From Lytechinus pictus (Eukaryota), in assembly GCF_037042905.1 (NCBI RefSeq), contig NC_087258.1, forward strand, positions 23,622,001 through 23,686,000: DNA of 64,000 nucleotides. Reading direction: 5' to 3'. The first letter of the stretch is position 1; each line of letters starts with the position of its first letter. Positions 44,144 through 56,933 of the stretch are shown here, piece after piece. The notes under the pieces were generated by a model. That model searched no databases and was not told the origin of the DNA. It saw nothing but the letters and a program-made list of their open reading frames with translations. The translations under genes and the position numbers were made by a program.

Positions 44144-46413
44144 AAATCGATCTATTAGCTTACAAGTCATGTGGAATCATAATTATGTTGATATGGCTAA
44201 ATGTATAGTGGCTGCTTCTCCAGCAAGCAGAATTTCGAATTCATCTTGTACCAACAATTATTTTTCATATTGCATCTTTCTTTTAGCATGATAATGTGTT
44301 TTCTCTTTGGACCTTGAGTCACTTAATTAAGTTTACACCAAACTGTAGAGTATAATTATACACTATTTTATACAGTAGGTACTTGCTTGTTTTTGTGTTC
44401 GTAGTTTTGAACTAAAATACTGGTTTCCCCAAATGAATACATCAATTTTTTTTATAAAAAGAATGATAGAAATTCAAATGTCCCAGGTCTGCATAAATAG
44501 GTTCTATTTAGCTACTTGTACACGTTCAATTCAATATTGTAAAAAGTATTCCCCATCTCGATTATCAATATCAATCGTTATGCTTAGCTTTATACGACAT
44601 GCGTTGACTTGTATAATTCAAATTTTCATACCGTACCTATGATTATCTTCATTAAAGAAATCAATGATTATATCGTGTGTTTCGATGTAGGCTTTAATTT
44701 ATTGTAATGATAATAATGTAGCCACAAATCTGCCCCCTTTTAAGGATCTCTTCAAGTTATCAATGTCAAGTCTTATTTATAGGAACTTATATTGCATTGA
44801 CTGTAGAGCGCTGCAATGTATTTCTTATATATCAAAGATTCCATTAACTTCCAGGTTTATGTAACTATACTGACTCCAGATTTCTGTATGAAAACTCTTT
44901 TATACTTTTATTTCCACACGGACCTACTGAGTAGTAGGTCCATGATTGAAAGTAGTGCAGAATTTTTGAGCGTTCGTAAAGTTTGTAAAAAAGGTGATAA
45001 TTACCATGATTATTCAACCGCGTTAAGTGAGGACGTTTTGTCAACGCTTTATGGTAAATATTGTTGAAAACCGGCCATAAGTGAATAAGCAATATAACAC
45101 ACACCCACACACACCAAACCTCCACACCCACGACCACGACACACCGTCTAAACACCCACACCCTCATACTCGAAGACACAACTGACCTCGACGATCAAAA
45201 CAAATACCGACGCGTACCATCGCGCCTACATACGCACACATACACACACCCTCTCACACACACACACACACACACACCCACCCTTGTACTGACACCTATT
45301 TACATCTCGCACACACAGCATTTTGGCTGTGTCATTATGATTGATCCGAGCCACCAATCGAATGTTCACCGACCGTCAACAAATCAGACGAGCCAAGTTC
45401 TTATTTCGTTCGCAATCGATAATGGGATCGAATCGAAACAGGCACTGTCGTCTGATGGAACAAGTTGGAGCGGTGATGAAGTATTTCTGCCATGAGTAAG
45501 GCCTGTGTGAAGACGAGAATACCGGGACGTTGTCGGTAGCCCATGTCAGTTTCTTTAGGTCGAATTTTAAAAACACTTCGCTTTCCCTTTCATTAATCTG
45601 AATTCTGAATCTGAACTCTTCTGAGTTGTTCGGCGTTATTTTATGAAGGTGTATTGGAATATATACGTACATACACAAGCAATTGTCACGGGATAAAATA
45701 TGCATTAAGGAAATTCAAGAGGTAAGTTGACACTTGGTAACCTGATTTAATACTTGTTCGCTCTCACACTGTTTAGTTTAGAATTAAAGGGCATATTTTG
45801 GGGGCACAAAACTTATTATATTATAAATTTTAGATGTATCATGATTATTCAGTTCCAATGCTCACAACTGCAACACTCGCTGTAAGCCCTTTTGTCGAGT
45901 GATTTTTTCTCTTAATTATTCATTATACTAGGTATTATTATAATTAGGATTTTATTTATCTATTTTATTTATTCATTCATTCATTTATTCCTTTTTCATT
46001 AATATATATACATTAAACATTTCTGATTTTATTACTAACCAAATAGAATCTCTTGATTCCTTCATATATGTGAGAAAGATCAACTTGCCATTAATAATTT
46101 TCTTTAAGCTGGAGAGGGATATCATATTTTTTGTACATGCTTTGTTTTGGTATATGCTTGTTATAAGTACTACTAAGAAATGACATACATTTATTTGATG
46201 TTAAAACATGAAAGTTCAATCCAAAAAAGATTATATTTTTACTTTTTTTTTGTTCATAGTGAAAATAACTTACTTTACACAGATTTATAATGAGGCTAAG
46301 AATTTGGAAGCAACAAACGAGCGTTGATATACAGCATAAGCCCGTATAAAGTTTGAACGACATCATGTGATTCTTGGTCATTTTCTTTCCATCTAGATTT
46401 ATTAAAACCTCTC

Positions 46414-47226
46414 ATGACCACGGAACTCAGAACCAGTTCGACCAGGAAACACGGCATGGCATCATCGCGGCGTCTCACGAGCAACTTCCCAAGCGGGCAC
46501 GACCGTTATCAGTCTCTCCAACAGGTCAGTAGTAGGATCCTCAGCCGAGCTGGAACACTGAACAGCATGGAGGAACGGGAGCTTAACAGAAAGAGGCGAC
46601 AGTTAGAGTACAAGGAGGGTCTCAAGGAAGCCCACTACCAGTCCGTCAAGAAACGACTATGTGATAACCTCAAAGATCATGTATTATACAAGCGAGCATT
46701 GCGGAACAGTCTTAAGAAGAAGTCCAGGTCGGAAGTCGATCTGCGGACATCCGTTGACGTCGATCAGAGCAAAGGGGGAACTGATGGTGGTGAAGACGAC
46801 GACGACGATGATGAGGGGAGTATGTTTGGACGTTACTACGGACGGACCCACCCACGATTTGCAGAAGCCATGTTGGATCTTGAATATAAGATGAGACATG
46901 GTGAGAAAGAAAAGACGAAAAAACTCCTGGAGATATCTAGGAATGAAAGCGACATCCTCATCGATCGTAAACTCACCACGGATCAGATCTTGAAAGCGAA
47001 TCATCTGCCGCTGTCGGAGAGGTTAAGGGTTACAAATACGGAGAAGTTCCAGTCCATTATCAACAGAACACGCGCCATCTATGTTTTGAACAAAATGCGA
47101 AACAAGATAGCAGAAAGGAAAGAAAAGGAGAAGGGACTACGGATTCGCAAGAGTTCGAAGGGTGAATTTTGTACAAAAAATTCTAAGACGGATATTTCAT
47201 TGGATACGGACTTACTGATTGAATAG
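46414..47226 (+). CDS. Uncharacterised 270-aa basic/coiled-coil protein with an acidic patch; single coding exon, probable non-coding exon 1 ending at 45721
   Basis: 813-bp ORF with coding-like GC content in AT-rich flanks. Acceptor TTTTCTTTCCATCTAG at 46396 lies 17 nt before the ATG, and a consensus donor GAG|GTAAGT is at 45721/45722. No family recognised. Confidence 0.75.
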   Translation: MTTELRTSSTRKHGMASSRRLTSNFPSGHDRYQSLQQVSSRILSRAGTLNSMEERELNRKRRQLEYKEGLKEAHYQSVKKRLCDNLKDHVLYKRALRNSLKKKSRSEVDLRTSVDVDQSKGGTDGGEDDDDDDEGSMFGRYYGRTHPRFAEAMLDLEYKMRHGEKEKTKKLLEISRNESDILIDRKLTTDQILKANHLPLSERLRVTNTEKFQSIINRTRAIYVLNKMRNKIAERKEKEKGLRIRKSSKGEFCTKNSKTDISLDTDLLIE

Positions 47227-49729
47227 ACATGACTACACATGTAGATAATGAATTAACTCAATGACAAATCCAGAGGGTAGAACAGTTTTTGAAGAAGATT
47301 TGTAGCTAAATTATTAACTATTTCTGGAACATATTACACACAATTCTCCCGTTTTCATCATACCGTTATTCACTTTAAAGCCATTTTCCGTTTGTTTTGG
47401 TGATTTTACCAAGTTATTAAATGTTTCTATCAATAATAATTGAATGTTCTTGGCGAACCTGAACATTACTCTTGGTTCAGACTTGGTAATATGTAACAGG
47501 AAATAACATATACAAATTCGCCTAATATATAAAGGCAGTCACAAAATTTATTTATCTTAACCATTTCTTGTTATACTTTAATTTCAATTGAGAGAAAATA
47601 TACAGGTTATCAGGATATCAGGAGAAAACTGACAACTCCCAAATTCCTTCTGACATGTTGGAACAGGCAATATTTGAATAATATGGGAATTGCACAGTAA
47701 ACTAATTATTTTTGTCTTCAAATTTGGCTACCAGGGTACTGTCATTAAATTGTAGTCCTTCTCCTTCTTCTTCATCTTCTTCTTCTTTTATTCTCCTCAT
47801 CCTCCTTCATCTCCTTGTTCTTCTTTTTTTCTTCTTCTCCTTTTTAAATCTTTTCCCTTTTCTTCGTCTTGTTATCATCATTAATAGATCATTTATATTA
47901 TTTGAATCATGTTTATCCAATAAGTCCAAAGTATTTCAAAAGAAAAAAGTATACAAGTACACACGTTTACAAGTATTTCATATCCTTTTCTGGTTTAGAA
48001 ATATCTTAGTCAAGGTGATTATATGCAAAAACATGTTTTGTGTAATTTACTAGAGAATAAATTGAAAGTCTCTTATCTTTAAACGAATTTATTTATTTTT
48101 TAACCGAACAATGTAGAGCAAAAAGAACAAATGTTTTTTAAGTTGATATAATTGAAGTATACGGAGCAAAATTTGTTTGAATCGGGGTTTGAAGATGATG
48201 TAAGTTTTTTTTTGCTGTTTTGGATTGTAGTTCAGTTCGCAAGAGTTACCTATTTCATATTTGTTATTTGCTTTCAACATGTTCAATACTGAAAAAAAAC
48301 CTCAAAATTGTATCTCATGATAATTTTCAAATAAAATACGCAGTATACATTTTAACAGGATAGGTTTGGAAAAAAAGACAATTTTATCGACTCAATGATG
48401 ATGATGAGAGAGAGAGAGGGGGGGGGGGGGTAGAGAGTGTGTGTTTGTGAAGTGGAGGGACGGAGAGAGAGGGAGAGGGAGAAAAGGGAGAAAGAGAGAT
48501 GTAGGGTAGAAATTAAGGAAATAAGAGGGGAAGTGATAGGAGATAATTGTTATTTATTGTGTTTGTGCGTATGTGTGCGTGTGTAATCGAATCTTTACAG
48601 GGTCATACCAATCAGCTGTAATCATGTACGTCTGGGACCGATCTTTGTTAAATTCAACATCCGAAATACGTGACACAGTGTCCAAATTAATTTCCCATGA
48701 TGATTTCAGAGTGTTATTAATTTTGCAACAAAACTCATACATACATCATGTACAGGTAGGCTTACTTCTTTCCATAAAGGCGAGCTTGGAAGAAGAATCA
48801 AACAATTTTTTTTTTATTATCGTGCAATTTCCTTCCGTTTTTCCCCCGTTTTTACTGTAGGCATACTAATGTCAATATCTTTTAATACCGCAGACTGGAC
48901 ATGAGGCCTCGGTTGGTATCACTAAAGAGAGAAAATCAATCCTCGATAATTATTTCTTAGCTCTATGAGGTTTGTTTCTCTCGTCTTCCTCTTGTAAGTT
49001 CTTCTAGCTGGAAAGTTACAATGGCAGAGGTTAACCACTACAAGCTTGAAACGATCGATCGAACTAACAATCGATATCACGCATTGTCTGCCCCTTCGAC
49101 ATACATTGTTAAAGCATATCAATGGAGTGGCAGAAATCAGCGAAATCTTTTAATTGAAGTGATATTACGTTTTTAAAATCGAACATCCCCTGCTTCATTT
49201 CAAATGCCGAAATTGATTGAGAAATAATACATCATGGAAAGTTGTTGTTTTATTCTACTTTGTTGCTATTTTCACGTGTTTATTTAATTACAGATATATC
49301 TAAGGCTTGGTATTACCTTATTAAGCAAAAACATTCGATTCTCACTCCCCTGGGAGGGGAAAAGGATAGGTCTCAGAATGACATTTCATTTACTAAACAT
49401 CTATTAAAATATGTACATCAACAAGATGAAAATGATATTGAATATACAAACCAGTGACGTAACAAAATTGTGAGGGAGTCAGTCAGCCTTTTGAGGGAAA
49501 TATATACATTTTTATATAAATATATAAAAAATCGATCTCTTTAGTAAAAAATCTAATTTAGTGATAAATTTTGACATATTATTAACAAATAATTTTGTGT
49601 TTCGCCTCTTTTTTTTTCTTTTTAGTTGTGAAACTTTTGAGATATAGTTTATTAAAAAATGTTCTACCAAGAACTAACACTATTGGATTTACAACTGATT
49701 AAGTGCATTAGTTATTTCTTGCTGCAAAC

Positions 49730-50812
49730 CAGTCAGTCGGCAAGCCCTCAAAAAGTGGCTTCTTTTATCCAAGTGATATTCATGACTAGAGTGTTTTTGC
49801 ATTGTTAATGAGCTTGGTGCGGACAAAAACACCTCTTTTTATTCGGCCATTGCTGCTCTAAATATTAACCAAACTTCATGTTTTTTGTGTTTTTATAAAG
49901 AAGAAAAATCACACTTCCAGGTCATGTGTTTGGATTTTTAAAAAGATGTTGTAATATAGGGGAAACTTTTGATCTAAAACATGAAACAAAATAATTATTT
50001 TCATGCAACAAAAGTTGTCGTTTTCACACTTAATTTCTGTTTGAGCACAAATTATTTTTAGAGCATGATAAAGCTGAAGATCTAAGCTTTAATATGATAT
50101 AATTTTTATAAGAACAGGTATTTTAGATGGGTCAGCAGCCAGCTTTTCATAGCCCAAGTATATTTAGCAGCTCAAAAACAAGAATACTGTACTCTGATTG
50201 GTCATAGAGACCACACACCCACGCAAATTCCAATGTTCCCCACACTAGGCCTCTGCAAGGTCACACTCACCATGTGGTAATCTCTTAAAATTACCCGCGC
50301 CTGTTGTTTTGAAAACATTATTCAGCCAATCAGAACTCTAGATTTTATGCTACTCAGAAATTTCAGAAATCTCGTCTTGCATCTTGATGGAAAAGGCTGG
50401 CTGCTGACCCATCTAAAAGGTGTCACATATCACGAGTGACACTGTATGAAAGTAGAGAGTTTGAGCTTTCTGATGATATAAATAATGTTTGTACCCAAAA
50501 CACAAAATCTTGCACAATTTTCAAGAGAAAACAGAGGAAGAAAACTCTGTTTGAGGCCTCTTTTCAGGCCTGAAATTCACCTATACACTGTATTTATCAA
50601 AATATTTTATTCAAAAGAAATAACCAGTATAAATGAGTAACGTTGACTCTTTCCTATGGTACAAAAATAATCAATTCTACTCGTGGAAAAAATGGTTAAA
50701 TTCTTTGAGAAAAAATTATCACAATTAACGAGATTTTGTAGGGATATGAATTCAGCCACGAGAGGACTTGGATAAATCTTGCTCATTAACATAGGGGCTT
50801 GCAGACTGACTG
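49730..50812 (+). mobile_element. Non-autonomous DNA transposon with CAGTCAGTC TIRs and 4-bp TSD
   Basis: CAGTCAGTCGGCAAGCCC ... GGGCTTGCAGACTGACTG; TSD AAAC (49726-49729, 50813-50816); nested in a TTAA MITE remnant ending at ~51113. Confidence 0.8.
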
Positions 50813-51231
50813 AAACTTATTTCGTCATTATGGAGACACATCATTTACACATTTATGAAAAGATGAAACAATTATGATTTCATGTAATACTGTATAAGAA
50901 AAAGGAAAGTGGGAATGTGACAACATCAGCCCACCTAATGAATATTCATGAAGACATGCCTAGAATAATATTTCACCGTAATAATGCAATTCTTTAAAAT
51001 TCAATAACTTCGTTATTTGTTAACCAATTTTGCTTAAATTTTCAGCATTTTGCTCTATGACTTTTTCTCTATTTATTTAGATATGAATATCTTCAGCCCG
51101 GAGCATCCCTTTAATATCCTATTTGTATCAGTTGTGTCACGCATGGCCGAATTAATTGATGTTGAAGACAACAGATGCAGATATTACTTTTTCTAAGTTT
51201 TTGAAAACTCGATGAAAGGGCAGAGGCAGAT

Positions 51232-51515
51232 GTAATAACAATAATAATATATAGCATTTATGAGGCGCCGATTTATCTAGTTTCCTATTCAATGGCGCAC
51301 TATATATTTCCCCGGCTGTACCTCCAGCTGCTAAAGGCGCTTGGTGCATTCAAGGAATTAATCCTGCCTGGTACCCATTCACCTCACCTGGGTTGAGCGC
51401 AGCACAATATGGATACATTTCTTGCTGAAGGAAAATACGCAGTGACTGAGATTCGAACACACGCCCCTCTCATTGAAAGACGAGCTTCGTAACCACTAGA
51501 CCACGATGCCCCCAC
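51232..51515 (-). mobile_element. Older tRNA-derived SINE sharing the same core
   Basis: Shares GGTACCCATT.ACCTCACCTGGGTTGAG and a B box; different tail. Confidence 0.75.
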
Positions 51516-51549
51516 CCATTAATGTAAATACTTTAATCGATGCCCGAGT

Positions 51550-51965
51550 TGGCAACAATCTTTTGATTGGACCCTTTTTCTTCCAAGGGACTCATAAATG
51601 GACGAATGTACTTGCAGATGATTAACGAGGAGATCGTACCATCACAGTTGGACCAACATTTTGAGAGACAGGTTCGAGAAGTGTACAGGCATCTTTGATG
51701 GATTCAGGATGGCGCTCCTGCCCATCGTTCCAAAATCATTAGTGATAGACTCAGAGAACTCTTTGGACATCGAGTTCTGTTGCCCTCAACCATGACGTAG
51801 ATCATTGCCATCAAGATCGCATGACCTCATGCCCTGTGATTATTTTCTTTGGGGACACTTACAAAGAAGTTGTTCGCAACTCCTCTCCAAGATCCTGATG
51901 ATTTGCAGGGCCGAATTCGACATGAGGTGGATGCTTTGTGCAATGATCCAGCGGTGGTGAGACCA
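51550..51965 (+). pseudogene. Decayed Tc1/mariner transposase fragment (DD41D-type spacing)
   Basis: IGPFFFQG...YLQMINE...WIQDGAPAH...(W)PSRSHDLMPCDYFLWGH, with frameshifts and stops. Confidence 0.8.
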
Positions 51966-53928
51966 TGCACGGACCGTGGTGAGACGAACTGTTCAACTTC
52001 TTCCACGCTGCAGGCTTTGTATGCAAGTTAAAGGAGATGAGGACATGGAGGTGTGGGTGAATATGACATTAACCTTTTAATCGTCATTTCAGAGGACTGC
52101 CTTGAACCATCATTCAAAAAATTACTTTGAAAACCTCAAAGACATGAAGAAAATGAAAAAGACAAAAAATAAGAACATTGTCGGGCGGCCGCGCGTAAAG
52201 AACGGAGGGGGGGGGGGGGGGACGGGATAGCGTATGTTTATGAAATCTATAAGCTTGTTAAATTTCATGCAATAACTGTTGCGATTAGGTAGAGGAGGGA
52301 ACACTTTTTTTCATTTCTTAAAAATCATATACCTCCCCATTCCAACCACAGTTAGAACAATCTTCATATTTTCTTACTTCTTTATTTTTGAACTTTTTTA
52401 AAACTTCTCCATACCCGATTCTTTTTTTCTTTGGCATTCTTTTCTTGGTATTTTCATAATATAAATCTTAAAAAAAGAACAGATCATCCCGAAATACTAT
52501 AGTAATCATAAGTGGGAAAGGGGAAATAATTAATAAAAACGGGAAATGATGTCGGGGAAAGGGTAAAAAGAGACAAGGGAAAGAGGGTGTGGAATGGAAG
52601 CTTTAAAAAATGCTAGGGTGGAGGCGAATTAAAAAATGAAAAAAGGAAAAAGACAAAAAAAAAGTACTTAGAAGTAAGAACGTTATATTGCCGGTCTGCT
52701 GTGGATAAAAGTAAAGAACAGCAAGAATGAACATGGAGGCGTATGCAATATGAAGTCTATTAATAGTCTTGCTAAATTTGATGTAATAAAAGTCGCGATC
52801 CACTATTTTCCCCCTGATTCTTAGGGACGGAAGTGAATATTTTTTTTAATATTTTCCTATAAATCATTTATCTCCCTATTCTAACCCCAGTTAGATCTTA
52901 TTGTTTCTTACTTCTTTATTACTGCATTTGATTTTCCAAGCGCTGGCTAGGCATGAAGGCTGAAAAGATTTTCAGCCTTTCCTATTCACTCTTAGCCTTA
53001 GGTAGTCCTTTATAAATTTTAACAAAACAAGTTGCAAATACGAATAATAATCATACAAAACCCTTACCTTCACATTCCTTTTAATTCTAGCTCTTATTTC
53101 TCAATACAATCTCATTTTTATATCACAATCATCCTTACCCTTAACTTTCTCTCCCGCTGTTTAATTGTCTATCTTTATCAGTGGGCGTAACAGCCGGCGG
53201 GGATGGGCGGGGAGTACTCTGCCCATGGCGGATTTCGCAGGGATAATCATGATAATAAAAACCCCCAGGGAAATGTTATTAAGGGAGAAAGAAATGGAAG
53301 AAAAGAGAAAAGAGGGGCCGGGAAGAAAGAAAATGTTAAAGAGAAACAAGGAAGGAAGGACATAATAGAAGGAAAAACTGAAGATAAGAGGGGAAAGTAA
53401 ATCAATATCATCTTAAAGTACCAATACATGAGTGAAAAGGGGAAATATCAAAATTTGACAAATTGGAATAGGAAAGGATGGAGGGAAAGGGAACGACAAA
53501 AGTTAGGAAAGTAAGGTTATGAAATAAATTGATCAATTATTCTTCAAATCAATTCACAATGCATATTTCGATTCCTCTTCCTTTTCTTAATTTTCTCTTC
53601 GAGACTGCCCTGATGAAAAAAAAAACCCAAGCAGTTCTGATTGTAAAAAACTCTTTCAGAATGATTTCAGCATTAATTTACAAAGTAATTGCAAATAATT
53701 ATCATACAGGTAGCGCCCGTGGAATTTTCCACGGGCTCTGCTAGTGTGTTAATAATACTCCATGACTCGACCTCCTTCCCTCTTATTCGTTCTCGGTTGG
53801 CTATGTTATACAATGTAGGATCATACAAGTTCCCGTATTTCTACAGAAAAAGGTATTCAACGGGTCTCGAACTGAACAATATTTCATATTTCGACTCCTA
53901 TGCTACTACTTCTTCTACCACTCTTGCT

Positions 53929-54131
53929 NNNNNNNNNNNNNNNNNNNNNNNNNNNNNNNNNNNNNNNNNNNNNNNNNNNNNNNNNNNNNNNNNNNNNNNN
54001 NNNNNNNNNNNNNNNNNNNNNNNNNNNNNNNNNNNNNNNNNNNNNNNNNNNNNNNNNNNNNNNNNNNNNNNNNNNNNNNNNNNNNNNNNNNNNNNNNNNN
54101 NNNNNNNNNNNNNNNNNNNNNNNNNNNNNNN
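53929..54131. other. Assembly gap
   Basis: N run. Confidence 1.
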
Positions 54132-54160
54132 AAATCTCTCCCAAAAGGTAGGGGGGGACA

Positions 54161-56287
54161 CAGGGGCGGATCCAGCCTTCGCCAATAGGGGGGGGGGGGC
54201 GGTGGAAAGTTGTTTCAGCCATAATTTCCCCGATCGGCAGCTCGAAGATGATTTTTTTTTTCTTTGAAGGGGTAGTCCTCATTAATCACTTCTTAGCTTT
54301 ATTCTTATAAATTAATATATAATATCATAATCCTTATTTAGATGATGCGAGCGCGAAGCGCGAGCAAATTTTTTTTGAAAATTTTATGTATTTTTCCTAA
54401 AATTTGAACATTCTGGGCAATGTTTGTTATCCTGAAAAAGATGTGTACGCAACTTAATTATTACTACGAACGCAAAGCACGAGCACAATTGAACTGATGG
54501 AAAAGATACCTGTTAAAGTAGCATTTAACTATCAAATAATGCGAGCGCGAAGCGCGAGCAATTTATTTTTACTTTTTCACCTAAAGAATGGAAATTCTAA
54601 GCACTTTTTGTAACTCAAGCAGAATAGGTATAGTAGTAAACAATTGATGCAAGCGGAAAATTTCGAGATTTAGTCCTATAATATTTACTGAAACGAGACA
54701 CTCTATTCATGTTTTGTAAATCATGAAAAGGATGAGTATTAATAATGCTAGCGCAAAGCGCGAGCAGAAAATTTTTATATACGTTTTGAACTGTTACCTG
54801 TTGAAAAGGTAACTGTTAAGGACTGCTTGCACTTAGCCATGAAGGCGTTACAAATTTCAACAATAAAAAAAATGCGGGGGCGAAACGCGAGCTGAAAATT
54901 TTTGAACTTTCTAAAGAAAGAATGGCAAATTTTAATCAGTTTTTGTAATCGTGAACAGGATAGCTTTATAATTTAATAATTGATGAGAGCGGGAAGCGCG
55001 AGCAGAAAAAAAAATCGAGATTTAGACCTAAAAATGGGCCACTCTGTTCATGTTTTGTAAATCATGAAAAGGATGAGTAATATGGGGTCTTCCTACATTA
55101 ATAATGCGAGCACAAAGCGCGAGCAGAAAAATTTTGATATTGTGATCTGAAACTGGATAATGATTTGAATAGAGAACAAGTTGAGTATCTGAATAAACAT
55201 GCGCGCGCGTGTTTCATATTTAGACCTAGAATCTAGGCATTCTAAATACATCTTTAATCATGAAAATCATGAAACTTTGATATTCCGATCTGAAAAAAGA
55301 GTCAATTTCAGCTTTATATTTTAAGCACTTTGTAGAAAAATTGTAAGGTGGATATGGATCGCACTTAAAAAAGAGCTGATATTTTCATTATCATTACTCT
55401 GAGCTTTGACATAGGACCGGGACATCCTTACGACATGTCATCATATAAAAATGATGACTATCTTCCTATTCCTCTTGCTAAGCGAGATGAAACAAAAGGG
55501 ACAATTTGATTATTAAATTAATATCATATTTATTAATGCCTAATGAGGGAGCGAAATCTGATATTATGGCATAAAAACTGGACATTTTACTTTTGTAATT
55601 ATGAATAGGATGCATAAGTTAATATATTTTTAACCGTTAATGCGAGCGCAAATCGGGAGCAAATTTTTTTGATAAACTGTCATGAAAAGGGGATTTTAAG
55701 TATAGTTTGTTGTATAATCAATATTGAAACATATATAACTCGCCAATCAAAATGCCAGCGTGCAGCGCGCTAGCTGATACGTCTTAACAATCAGACCTGA
55801 AAAGGGATATTTTGAAAACTTTATGAAAAATAATAGGTACCTGATAAATCAAAATTTGCGAGATCGCAGCGCAAGCAGCAAATGTTAATATTCAGACCAT
55901 AAAACTGACATTTTTACAGAGCACTTTTTAAAAATCAATTTGTAAATCACACAAAATAATGAAAGTTCGATTTCCGAGGTGAAATATGTTTTGTATATTG
56001 ACTTCTAAACTTGACATTCGAGTTCTATATTGAGCGAGATATGTAAGTCATCTAACAGGCAATGCGAGCGCGAAGCGCGATCGAAAATCTTATTTAGTGG
56101 CACGAAAGATTCTTTCTATTTTCCAAGTCTTCCTCTCATTTTATTTTATGCACTCGTCGTCCTTCACTTCTTTTTCTCCTCTCTATTCCCTCTATTCCTT
56201 CTTTCTTTCCATTTTTTTCTTTTTTTTTGCTCCGCCAAGAGGGGGGGGGGGGGGGGATGGGCCCCTCGGCCCCCTGGTCCGCCTACG
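54161..56287 (+). mobile_element. ~2.1-kb non-autonomous TIR element with an internal ~110-120-bp tandem array
   Basis: Termini CAGGGGCGGATCCAG / CTGGTCCGCCTACG; repeated AATGCGAGCGCGAAGCGCGAGCAGAAAATTTT units. Relatives at ~30150-30440, ~36900-37293 and ~63520-63830. Confidence 0.75.
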
Positions 56288-56653
56288 GGGACAAGGGGCG
56301 GGAAAATTTGACAAGCAAAAAAAAGGTTATCATCCCAAAAGTAAGGTCATCTCGTCCCAAAATACATGTTTTATTTCGATTTAGAATGATGTATTTCTTA
56401 CCATCATAAAAGACCAAAAATAGTAGGGGGGACATTTGATATTGTGTCCCCCCTACTATTTTGAGTAGGGGGGACACGTCCCCCCTGCCCCCCCTGGGAT
56501 TTCCGCCCATGACTTCTACTACTACCACGAGCATCACGAGCATCACGAGTGCGAATAAAGTCCCTTGTGGTTGGGGTGTAGCTCTAGGGTCCAGATGCTC
56601 TCCCATGTTATCTCAGGCTTATTTTTTTCATATGATGGCTCTATAATGGCTCT

Positions 56654-56933
56654 GTGGAGCGTTGTGGCCCAGTGGATTAGTCTTCGGACTTTGAAACAGA
56701 GGGTCGTGGGTTCGAATCCCAGCCATGGCGTAATTTCCTTCGGCAAGAAACTGATCCACAATGTGCTGCACTCAACCCAGGTGAGGTAAATGGGTACCGG
56801 TAGGAAGTAATTCCTTAAAAAGCTGTGTGCGCTATGAACGCCTAGCTTAGCCGGGTAATATAGGAGCGCCTTGAGCACCTAACAAGGTGGATATGTGCGC
56901 AATATAAATACCCTATATTATTATTATTATTAT
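56654..56933 (+). mobile_element. tRNA-derived SINE
   Basis: tRNA-like head with A/B boxes, core CTCAACCCAGGTGAGGTAAATGGGTACC, L2-like tail with (TAT)n. Confidence 0.9.

Noticed and set aside
56656-56730. tRNA-like sequence (TTG anticodon-like loop); also 43900-43971
   Set aside because: It is the head of a SINE with body and (TAT)n tail, and the acceptor stem is not intact; not a tRNA gene.
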